NCBI GenBank assembly: GCA_009694735.1
Contig: SHUG01000005.1
Location: 1,390 to 65,389 of the forward strand
Direction of reading: 5' to 3'
DNA: 64,000 nt
Source of the DNA: Acidobacteriota bacterium
GTDB lineage: Bacteria; Acidobacteriota; Vicinamibacteria; Vicinamibacterales; UBA2999
Shown piece after piece: positions 35,781 through 44,374 of this stretch. A model generated the notes under the pieces. It did no database searches. It worked only from the letters and a program-made list of their open reading frames with translations, and was not told the origin of the DNA. The translations under genes and the position numbers were made by a program. Positions within the stretch are counted from its first letter, which is position 1; each line of letters opens with the position of its first letter.

Positions 35781-36534
35781 GTCGGACGTCTACACCGGCT
35801 CTACCATCGGAGCGACGGCGAGCACCGGAGCCATGATTGTTTACAGCGGCAGTTGCACCAACGTCGGGACGTGCACGGCGACGGCGACGACTGCCGGCGA
35901 CGCGAATCACGCCTTGAGCTCGGCGGTCGCAACCGCTCAGATTACGAAGGCCGATGCGACGGTCGTGGTCACGCCCTACGTCAAGGAGTATGATGGCCAG
36001 CCGCACACGGCGACCGTCACTTCGATCAGCGGCGTTAACGGCGAGACCGTGGCCACCGTCGGCGCCGTCACCCTGAGCACGACACCCACCAATGTCGGCA
36101 CCTACTCCACCGACTCCTGGAGCTTCACGGGCGCCGCCAATTACAACGACATCGCCGCAACGGTGATCACCAATACGATCAAGGACACCACGGCTCCGGT
36201 CTTCACCAGCCTCTCGACCAACGCGCCGACCCTCTGGCCGCCCAATCACAAGATGGTCGCCGTCACCGTCAGCGCTTTGGCCAGTGATCTGGTGGGCGTT
36301 TCCTCGCTGAAGATCATCAACGTCACCAGCAGCGAGCCCGACAACGGCCTGGGCGATGGCGACACGGCGGGTGACATCGTCATCACCGGCCCGCTGTCCG
36401 TCAACCTCCGCGCCGAACGCGCCGGCAAGGGCAACGGCCGCATCTATACCATCACGGTGGAGGCGCGCGACGCAGCCGGCAACGCGAGCACGAAGACCTG
36501 CACCGTCTTCGTGCCGAAGAGCCAGGGCAAGTAA
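35743..36534 (+). pseudogene. 5'-truncated surface-protein fragment (MBG-like repeat plus Ig-like LWPPNHKM domain)
   Basis: No signal peptide or ribosome-binding site. It begins mid-repeat (ITKADATVVVTPYVKEYDGQPHTATV) and ends with ...CTVFVPKSQGK followed by a terminator. Confidence 0.55.
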
Positions 36535-36560
36535 CCGTTACGCCCTGGCTTGATTCTTCC

Positions 36561-36595
36561 AGAGCCCGCCCGAAAGAGCGGGCTCTCTCTTTTTC
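36561..36595 (+). terminator. rho-independent terminator
   Basis: AGAGCCCGC-N8-GCGGGCTCT (9-bp stem) followed by CTCTTTTTC. Confidence 0.7.
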
Positions 36596-37361
36596 AGGGG
36601 ACCGCGATCTGATAAACGCGCGGCCACTTCTTGCCGGTCACGAAAATCCGGCGCGTGGCCTTGTCGTAGGCGATTCCGTTCAACACATCCGCTGGCGGCT
36701 GTCGCTGCTCGCGCGGCCACAGCGTCGATAGATCGATCCACGCGTTCACGTCGCCGGTGTTTGCCGAGATCCGCGCCACGCGGTCGGTGGTCCAGACGTT
36801 GGCCCAGATCTCGCCATCAACCCATTCGAGCTCGTTCAACTGCGGCACCGGCCGTCCGGCATCACGCACCCGGATGGTCTTGACCGCGGCCTGCGTCCTG
36901 GGATCGAGAAACGTGAGCGTGTCGCTGCCATCACTCATTACCAGCCCACCCGAGGGGTCGTAGGCGATGCCCCATCCCTCGCCCTGGTAGGCAAAGGTCC
37001 GCTTCTGTCGGAAGGTCTTGCGGTCGTAGACGAAGCCAAGGCGATGTTGCCAGGTGAGCTGCAGCAACTCGTCGCCGACCAACGCCAGGCCCTCGGCAAA
37101 ATACTCCTTCGGAACCTTGATTTCCTGCAGCACCTTGCCGGTGGCAATCTCGACGCGCCGTAAAGACGACTCGCCGTTCAAGCCGGTGCTCTCGTGGAAC
37201 TCACCGTCGGCGAACACCAGGCCCTGCGTGAACGCCTCGGGGTCGTGCGGAAACGTGGCCACGAGGCGGAAACCCTGCACGGGCGCGGGCTGCCGCTGCG
37301 CAATGGTCGCCGGTGCACAGGCGAGTGCGGTGAGCAATGCCATGAACGAAGCCCTTTTCAT
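36594..37361 (-). CDS. glutaminyl-peptide cyclotransferase (beta-propeller, plant/bacterial type)
   Basis: 255 aa. FTQGL, ESTG, FAEGL, GEGWG, NELEW, LNGIAY blade motifs. Signal peptide present. Confidence 0.9.
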   Translation of the reverse strand: MKRASFMALLTALACAPATIAQRQPAPVQGFRLVATFPHDPEAFTQGLVFADGEFHESTGLNGESSLRRVEIATGKVLQEIKVPKEYFAEGLALVGDELLQLTWQHRLGFVYDRKTFRQKRTFAYQGEGWGIAYDPSGGLVMSDGSDTLTFLDPRTQAAVKTIRVRDAGRPVPQLNELEWVDGEIWANVWTTDRVARISANTGDVNAWIDLSTLWPREQRQPPADVLNGIAYDKATRRIFVTGKKWPRVYQIAVP

Positions 37362-37368
37362 GCTTCCA

Positions 37369-40226
37369 CTAGAAGTCGACCTGCAACGTGAACTGAATCG
37401 CCCGCGCCTGTGTCACCGACGTGATGCGGCCGAAGTTGGCGGAGGTAATGCTCTCGGTAGGCGCATTTCGGAGTGGGAAATTAAATACGTTGAAGGCCTC
37501 AGCGGAAACCTTGACGCGCCGGCTGCCGCCGAGTGTAGGAGCCCATTGCATGGTCACGTCGGCGTTGAACACTTTCGGGTTGTTCTCGAACGCCGGGATG
37601 GCCGACAGACCGAACAGGGCCCGCAGCCGGTTGGCTTCCTCAGTCAATACCTCGCGGACGCTGTTGCGCGAGTACTGCGATCCCGGACAGGACACGTTGC
37701 GGCAGATCGCCTCGTTGACCCAGTCGCCCGTCAGGCCGTCGCCATTGACGTCGCGGGCGACCGTGATGTTCAACGGCGCCTCGGTTCGATACTCGACGAT
37801 GGTCGCGAGCGTCAGGTTCATTGGCAGCAGATAGACTACGTTGCCGGTGACGACGTGCCGGCGATCGTCGCTGCCCGGGCCCCACTGAAGGTCGGGCCGC
37901 TCGGGCACCACCACCGAACTGACGAAGTTGAAGGCGTTGTCGGTGGTCTTCGACAGCGTGTAGGCCACTTCGCCAGAAACCCGGTTGCTCATGCGCTTGC
38001 GGACATCGGCGATCAGGCCCTTGTAGCGGATCTCGCCCTGGTTGGTATAGAAGCTGACGTTGGTATAGCGCGGGTCGGGCCTGATGGCGCCGGCGCCGTT
38101 GATGTTCGCGGTGCCAGGGCGGCCGGCGTTGGTGTTGGTAATCCCGATCTGATCGTAGCCGCGGTTATAGACCAGGCTGACGTCGAGGCCGAGGTCCCGC
38201 GTGAGCTCGCGCCGGTACCCCAGTTGGGTGTTCCAGTTCCAGGGTGTGACCAGGTTGTCGTCGATCACCGACAGACTCGGAGCCGGCACCGTCTGTACGC
38301 CGCCGAATGGATTCGGGAAGCCGGGATTATCGATCTGAATCCCAATGATCTTGGGTGGCGTGAACCGCGCGTTGCCGATCACGTTCAAGATGACCTGATC
38401 GTAATAAATACCTGAGCCGCCGTAGATCGCCTGGGCGGTGCTGCCCCGGGCGCCCATGAGAACCCGAACCGGGGCGAGAGATTGTTGCGATCGCGGCTGA
38501 CGCCAGGCCCAGCCGTCCCGGTCACGTCTTTGAGTGCTTCGGTCTTGGCGCCCTCGTAGTCGTATCGCAGCCCGGCGTTGATGGTCAGGCTGCTCGACGG
38601 CCGCCAGTCATCCTGGAGATACAACCCGTAGACCTGGTTCGGGCGCGCCAGCGCGGAGTTGCCCTGGTTCTGCGTCAAGCGGCTCGGCGTTCCGGCGATG
38701 AACGCATTCAGAGAGGGAAAAGTGTAAGTGCCGCGGAAGTTGGAATCGAAGAAGCTGTCGGACTTGAACAGCTTCACCTGGGCTCCCGCCTTGACGGAAT
38801 GCTCGCCGGTGCGCGTCCCCGACATCGTCCAGGTGTAGTTGTCCACCAACTGGTAGATCCAGTCCGTGCGTCCCTGCGGGTAGGTGCTGGACCCTCCGAG
38901 ATCAAAGCCGCCCGTGACGCTGAGGTTGGTGAGGCCGGGATACCCAGGCTTCCAGTCGCCGAAGCTCTGGCCCACTTGCACGTACAGCTCGTTGAGCTTG
39001 TTCGAAGACATCACCCACTTGTGGTTAAGGTTGGCGTAGTTGGTCTTGAAGTATTCAGTGTTGCCGTTGAAGTCCAGTAGGGTGCCGCTCTGGCCCGACG
39101 GCTGCGTGTCGTTGGTCAGCTGGTAGCGGCCCGTGAGGGACTGGGTGTTCGAGAGCTGAGTGTCGATCTTCGCCGTCACGTTGTGGACGTCGATGAACTC
39201 GGGCCGCACCTGCCGCGTCGATCCGCCGCCGCCGAACAGCGAGAGCGGGATATTGTTCTGCTGAAGAAACTGGAGTGTGGCCGGCGAGAAGGCCGTCGCC
39301 GCCGGCAGCGTCCGGGTACTGCTCGAGCTGGTGTCGCGGTCCTCGCGCTCGTAATTGAGAAAGTAGTGCAGCTTGTTCTGCTTGATCGGTCCGCCAAGCC
39401 AGCCTCCGTAGTGAATGCGCTGGAACGGATCCGCGGGCAGGCTTCGATCCGCGTACGGGCTGCGGGCCATCATCGACTGGTCCCGAAACAGAAAGAACCC
39501 GCTGCCGCGCAGATCGTTGGTGCCCGATCGCGTCACCACGTTCACGACACCGCCTGAAGCCTGACCGTATTCGGCCTTGAATCCGGTGACGAGCACCTGC
39601 ACTTCCTGCACCGAGTCGAGGGCGAGGGACTGGCGGGAATAGCCGGAGATGTCTTCGCTGTTGTCGACGCCGTCGATGTTCCACTGGTTCGAGCGGCCCC
39701 GTGAGCCGACAAACGAGGTGCCGTTGGAGCTCTGCGCGCCAGGCGCCATGCGCAGCAAGGACAAGTAGCTGCGGCCGATGATCGGCAGCACGTCGATGGC
39801 CGCCCGATCGAGCCTCATCTCTACCGCCGCCGTCGTCGTCTGCACGATCGGCGTTTCGGCGGTGACGGTCACCGCCTCGCTCAGGGCGCCCACTTGCAGG
39901 GAGAAGTTGAGGACGGTTTCAGACCCCAGCGCGAAGGTAAGGCCATCGCGTAACGCGCGAGAAAAGCCCTGGAGCTCGGCGGTCAGTTCATAGCGGCCCG
40001 GTGTCAGAGCCGCCAGCCGGTAGCGGCCTTCAGCGTCGGTGGCGGTCGCCCGGACGAATCCAGAGTTCTTGTTGACGGCGGTGACCGTCGCACCCGGGAT
40101 GACCGCCCCCTGAGCGTCGCTGACGATTCCGGTGGCGGTGTCGAGTTGCGCCGCAACCGGCGCGGCAAAGACCAGCAGGTGCAAGAGAACGCAGCCGCCG
40201 AGGGCGGTGCCAGTGAGCCGTGTCAT
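37369..40226 (-). pseudogene. TonB-dependent receptor interrupted by a single frameshift
   Basis: N-terminal ORF 38385-40232 (signal peptide, CarboxypepD_reg, plug) and C-terminal ORF 37369-38457 (ends ...FTLQVDF) overlap in different frames at a CCCGGGG run. Shine-Dalgarno GGAGG precedes ATG 40226. Confidence 0.8.
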
Positions 40227-40260
40227 TTCCATCCTCCGGGAAACAAAACCTGGTCGATCG

Positions 40261-41649
40261 TCATGGTCGGATCAAATAGAACGCTTCCTGCCGGCCATCG
40301 ATCCAGTCCCACTTGCCGCCCGGCATGATCGCCGCGTCTTCCTCGAGTGCAAAGCGCACGGGCTGGTTGCCCCACTCGGGCACGTTGTGGGTCACATTCA
40401 ACTCGATCGAGTGCCACGTGTTCGGCCGGAACACGTAGTCGCCGCGCACGGGCACACCCTGTTGATAGTCGGTCATGCCAATCGGCGGACCCGCCCCGTG
40501 GCCGTGATAGCCAACCGGGTGACAATAAATCGAAGGCACGAGGCCTTCTTTCTTCGCTTGTCCGAGTGCATCGGCCAGCGCCTGGTTGCCGGTGCGCTCG
40601 AGCCGCGCGTACTGCATGGTCAAGTCCTGAAGACGATTGGCCGCCTTGAGTCCAGCCTTGAGGCCGGCCGGTGCGTCGCTCTCGCCAGGCTTCAGCACAT
40701 ACGCGTTGTGCTGCGTGTCGGTGGAGAAGCCCAGATAGACGATACCAAAGTCGGTGTGAAGCATGTCGCCGGGGAGAATCACGCCGCGCGGGCTGGTCTT
40801 CTCGCCCTGGCGGAAGATCGTGACCGACGGCTGGAACCATTTACCCAGGCCCATCTCCACCACGCGCTGCCGCATCCACCACACCACGTCTTCGTTGGTG
40901 GTCGTGCCGGGCGTGATCACCTTGTTCGAGAACGCCTCGCGAATCACCAGGTGGGCCACCTTCATGGCGTGGCGGTAGGCGTCCAGTTCCTCGGGCAGCT
41001 TCACCTCGAGCCAGCCGACTGCCAGCATCTCGGCCGACTTGATCTTGGCCGCGTGCGCGGGCCCGAGCGCCTCCACCAGCCGGCGCTTCTCGTTGGCGGT
41101 GATGCCGTCGGCGTGCTGCCAGGCATCCGACTCGTTGATCCCGATCACCTTGGGATTCTTCTCGTCCACCAGCTTGCGCAGCGCTTCATGCTGCCCGTCA
41201 TTCGTCGACGCCACCATGGGGTAGATGCCGTCGTAGTCAAAGCGGCCAATCGAGTAGCGCTCGGCCGGCTTGCCTGTCCTGAGCAAAGCCGAAGGACTGG
41301 TGGAAGGGCCGCCGCCAGGGTTATAGAACACCAGGATGGTACGGCGCCGTGACGCGAAGTAGGTGAGCGGCGACATCGACGCGAACACCGGGTCTTCGTT
41401 GTACTCGCGCGAGGGGATGATCCACATGTCGATGCCCTCGCGGGTCATCAGCCCGGCGAGCAGGGTGTCGAAGCGCTTCTTAATCCACGGCGTAACGAGC
41501 GCGTTCTGCTCGCGGTGCGTGAGTACCCGCTGCGTGGGGTCTGGGTAGGTGATCGACTGCCCTGACTCCGACGTTCGGAGAGCGATGGCTTTAGCCGTCG
41601 CAGCAGCCAGAGAGACGACGACGAGAAGGAGAGCGATTCGAATTCGCAT
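40261..41649 (-). CDS. M24-family metallopeptidase (Xaa-Pro aminopeptidase/creatinase-like), secreted
   Basis: Start ATG 41649 (MRIRIALLLVVV). Pita-bread fold motifs (DFGIVYLG, HPVGYHGHG). The track extension to 41937 is not coding. Confidence 0.85.
   Translation of the reverse strand: MRIRIALLLVVVSLAAATAKAIALRTSESGQSITYPDPTQRVLTHREQNALVTPWIKKRFDTLLAGLMTREGIDMWIIPSREYNEDPVFASMSPLTYFASRRRTILVFYNPGGGPSTSPSALLRTGKPAERYSIGRFDYDGIYPMVASTNDGQHEALRKLVDEKNPKVIGINESDAWQHADGITANEKRRLVEALGPAHAAKIKSAEMLAVGWLEVKLPEELDAYRHAMKVAHLVIREAFSNKVITPGTTTNEDVVWWMRQRVVEMGLGKWFQPSVTIFRQGEKTSPRGVILPGDMLHTDFGIVYLGFSTDTQHNAYVLKPGESDAPAGLKAGLKAANRLQDLTMQYARLERTGNQALADALGQAKKEGLVPSIYCHPVGYHGHGAGPPIGMTDYQQGVPVRGDYVFRPNTWHSIELNVTHNVPEWGNQPVRFALEEDAAIMPGGKWDWIDGRQEAFYLIRP
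41571..41601 (-). repeat. REP-like element copy inside the M24 signal-peptide coding region
   Basis: The reverse complement equals GCGACGGCTAAAGCCATCGCTCTCCGAACGT, identical 31/31 to the copy at 41882-41912. It encodes TAKAIALRTS. Confidence 0.85.
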
Positions 41650-41697
41650 AGCCGTTGATTCTACTGGTTCGGCCCATCGTTTGCAGCGCCAGGTAGG

Positions 41698-41892
41698 ATG
41701 GCGAATCACCCTCACCGATTGGCTCACTCTCACTATGAGTCCCTCCTCGCCATTGCCGCATACATTGTTCTGAACCCGGTCAGGGCAGGACTTGTGGCTT
41801 CGCCGGAGGACTATCCGTTCTCGGGATCCTCGCGGTTCAGCGTGGCGGAACTGGCAACCCACGAGCCGCGGCGACCCTTCAGCGACGGCTAA
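41698..41892 (+). pseudogene. C-terminal remnant of a REP-associated tyrosine transposase (RAYT, IS200/IS605-like Y1)
   Basis: AAYIVLNPVRAGLVASPEDYPFSGS matches the conserved RAYT C-terminal motif. The HUH and catalytic Tyr regions are absent. Confidence 0.55.
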
Positions 41893-41950
41893 AGCCATCG
41901 CTCTCCGAACGTCCTGCTCAGTGACGGCTAAAGCCATCGCTCTCCAAACG
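41882..41950 (+). repeat. two tandem REP-like copies (41882-41912, 41921-41950)
   Basis: GCGACGGCTAAAGCCATCGCTCTCCGAACG, and a second copy with 2 mismatches. A partial third copy is at 41961. Confidence 0.85.
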
Positions 41951-42022
41951 CCCTGGCTCAGCGACGGCCGACGTTGGCTCGCTTCGTGCTTTACGTTCGG
42001 CCGCGATGCCTACCGCCTACTA

Positions 42023-44317
42023 TTGCGGTCACCACCCTTGTTGATTGCCCTCATCTTCGCGGTCGCTCTGTCCCTTGCACCGGACGCATCAGCAGGCTTG
42101 CCCACCGAAGCCGCACCAGAGACTCAAGAAAAGGCGAAGGTGGGCACGGGTCGTGTCACCGGCAGCGTGGTTGAAGCACGCACCGGCGCGCCGCTCGTCG
42201 CCGTGCTCGTCAAGATCCAGTCCACGAGCCAGCAATCGTTCTCCGATGGCGACGGCCGATTCGAGATCGCCGACGTGCCGTCCGGAGCGCAAACCGTGCT
42301 GGTGTCGGTGGTCGGCTACGGACTGGTGCGCCGTGACGTGACGGTCGTCCCTGGGGCCGCGGTCGACGTCACGATTCCAGTGGCGGAAGGTGCGAGCACC
42401 TACGTGGAGGATGTCGCGGTGTCGGCGAGTCCCTTCCGCGAAAGCGAACCCGGCGTGGCGAGCCAATCAGTGCTTGGCAGCCGCGACCTGCTCGCGCTGC
42501 GCGGGTTGGTCGCTGATGATCCGTTTCGCGCGGTGCAAGTGTTGCCCGGCGTGGCCACCGGCGACGACTTCCGCGCCGAGTTCGCCCTGCGTGGCCTCGG
42601 TCCATCAAACATTGGCATCGCCGTCGACGGCGTCGACAGCCCCTTGCTGTTCCACACCGTCCGCGGCGTGCAAGACACCGGATCGCTCGGCCTGATCAAC
42701 AGCGACATCCTGGAGTCGGCCACGCTGTTGGCGGGGCCGCATCCGCAACGCTTCGGCTCGCACCTCGGCTCTCGCCTCGATTTCACCACCCGTGATGGTT
42801 CACGCGAGCGCGTGACGGTCCGCGGCGTGCTGAGCGCCTCGGCCGCGAGCACGGTCTGGGAAGGGCCGCTTGGCCACGGCAAGAAAGCGGGCTGGCTGGT
42901 CGCCGTTCGCAAGAGCTACATCGACTGGTTGCTGCGGCAGATCGATTCGACGACCGACACGACGTTTGGTTTCACCGACGCCCAGGGCAAGTTCACCTTC
43001 GACGTGACACCGCGCCAGGTGCTCCGGGTCACCCTGCTGGCCGGGCGATCGGTATTGCGCGAGTTGGAAGACGAGCCCGGGCCCAACACGCTCAATCCCG
43101 CCACTAACACCACCTTCATCGCCAACTTGCAGTGGCGCTTCACGCCTTCGGCGCGGTTTGCGGTGTCGCAGCAGGCGTATCTGCTCAAGGCCGACTATCG
43201 CAACCAAGTGCTCGACGGCCGCACCCGCGAAGAGGGCGGCGACCTCGACCTCACCTGGCGCAGCGCGGCCGAATGGAATCCGCGGCCGGGCCACTTCATC
43301 GAGTTCGGCGCGCAGGCGCAACGGCTGGATGCCGACCGGATCGATCGGCGGTTCACCACGCGATCCGAGTTCACCCTGCTCGACGCCACCAGGAACGCCT
43401 GGTCGGCCGCCGGTTGGGCGCAGTATCGCTGGACGCCGAGCGCCCGCGTCTCGGTCACGCCGGGCGTGCGGGTCGAACGCTGGAGCCTGATCGATCGCAC
43501 CGAGGCATCGCCGTGGCTGCTCACCGAGTTCGCCATCGCAACCGGGCTGAGGGCGAAGTTCGGCGCCGGCATCCAGCACCAGTCGCCCTCGATCGATCAG
43601 TCGCTTTTCACGCGGCCGGGTGTGCGTCTGGTCCCCGAGGGCGCCACCACCATCGAAGCCGGCCTCGAGCAGCGCTTGGGCACGGCATGGCGCCTCGCCG
43701 GCAGCGCCTACCATCGCCGCGACGACGACCGCTTGCGGTTTCAGGACACCGAAGTCCGGGTCGCGAACAACCGGGTGATCCTGCCAACCGTTCCGCATTG
43801 GGAGAACACGCTGGCCGGCGAGACCCGCGGCGTGGAGTTCACGCTCGAGCGGAAGTCGGCCAACGGCTTGAACGGCTGGCTGTCGTATGCCTGGAGCAAG
43901 TCCGACCTCACCGATGCCTCTGAGTCCTTCGCCGCCGACTTCGATCAGCGCCACACCGTGAATACCTATGTCAGCTATCGCTGGTCCGGCCGCACCAGCC
44001 TGTCGGCGCGGATGCGCTACGGCTCGAACTTCCCGATCCAGGGCTACATCGGCAAGGACCTGGTGGGCTACCTGCTGGTGGACAAGCGTAACGGTGTGCT
44101 CCTGCCGGCATACTCGCGGCTGGATCTGCGCGCGGATCGGACGTTCACCTACCGCAAGAGCCGGCTCACCCTGTTCATGGAAGTCGTGAACGCGCTGAAC
44201 CGAGAGAACTTCAGGCCGACCAGCACCGGCGTAAACATCACCACGCGACGGATCTTCGATCCGACAGAGAAGCTGTTTCCGTTGCTGCCGGTGGCGGGAA
44301 TTCTGGTTGAGTTCTAG
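42023..44317 (+). CDS. TonB-dependent receptor with carboxypeptidase-regulatory-like N-terminus
   Basis: Signal peptide from TTG 42023 (start uncertain). GRVTGSVVEARTGAPL, plug, and barrel ending ...GILVEF. The upstream part of the track ORF is REP sequence. Confidence 0.8.
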   Translation: MRSPPLLIALIFAVALSLAPDASAGLPTEAAPETQEKAKVGTGRVTGSVVEARTGAPLVAVLVKIQSTSQQSFSDGDGRFEIADVPSGAQTVLVSVVGYGLVRRDVTVVPGAAVDVTIPVAEGASTYVEDVAVSASPFRESEPGVASQSVLGSRDLLALRGLVADDPFRAVQVLPGVATGDDFRAEFALRGLGPSNIGIAVDGVDSPLLFHTVRGVQDTGSLGLINSDILESATLLAGPHPQRFGSHLGSRLDFTTRDGSRERVTVRGVLSASAASTVWEGPLGHGKKAGWLVAVRKSYIDWLLRQIDSTTDTTFGFTDAQGKFTFDVTPRQVLRVTLLAGRSVLRELEDEPGPNTLNPATNTTFIANLQWRFTPSARFAVSQQAYLLKADYRNQVLDGRTREEGGDLDLTWRSAAEWNPRPGHFIEFGAQAQRLDADRIDRRFTTRSEFTLLDATRNAWSAAGWAQYRWTPSARVSVTPGVRVERWSLIDRTEASPWLLTEFAIATGLRAKFGAGIQHQSPSIDQSLFTRPGVRLVPEGATTIEAGLEQRLGTAWRLAGSAYHRRDDDRLRFQDTEVRVANNRVILPTVPHWENTLAGETRGVEFTLERKSANGLNGWLSYAWSKSDLTDASESFAADFDQRHTVNTYVSYRWSGRTSLSARMRYGSNFPIQGYIGKDLVGYLLVDKRNGVLLPAYSRLDLRADRTFTYRKSRLTLFMEVVNALNRENFRPTSTGVNITTRRIFDPTEKLFPLLPVAGILVEF

Positions 44318-44374
44318 CGACGGCTAAAGCCGTCGCTCTCCGACGTTCGGAGGGCGGGGACTTTAGTCCCCGCC
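44317..44374. repeat. three consecutive hairpins (REP-like cluster) between convergent genes
   Basis: GCGACGGC-TAAA-GCCGTCGC (44317-44336), CTCCGA-CGT-TCGGAG (44338-44352), GGCGGGGAC-TTTA-GTCCCCGCC (44353-44374). The stop codons of both flanking genes lie inside the cluster. Confidence 0.85.
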
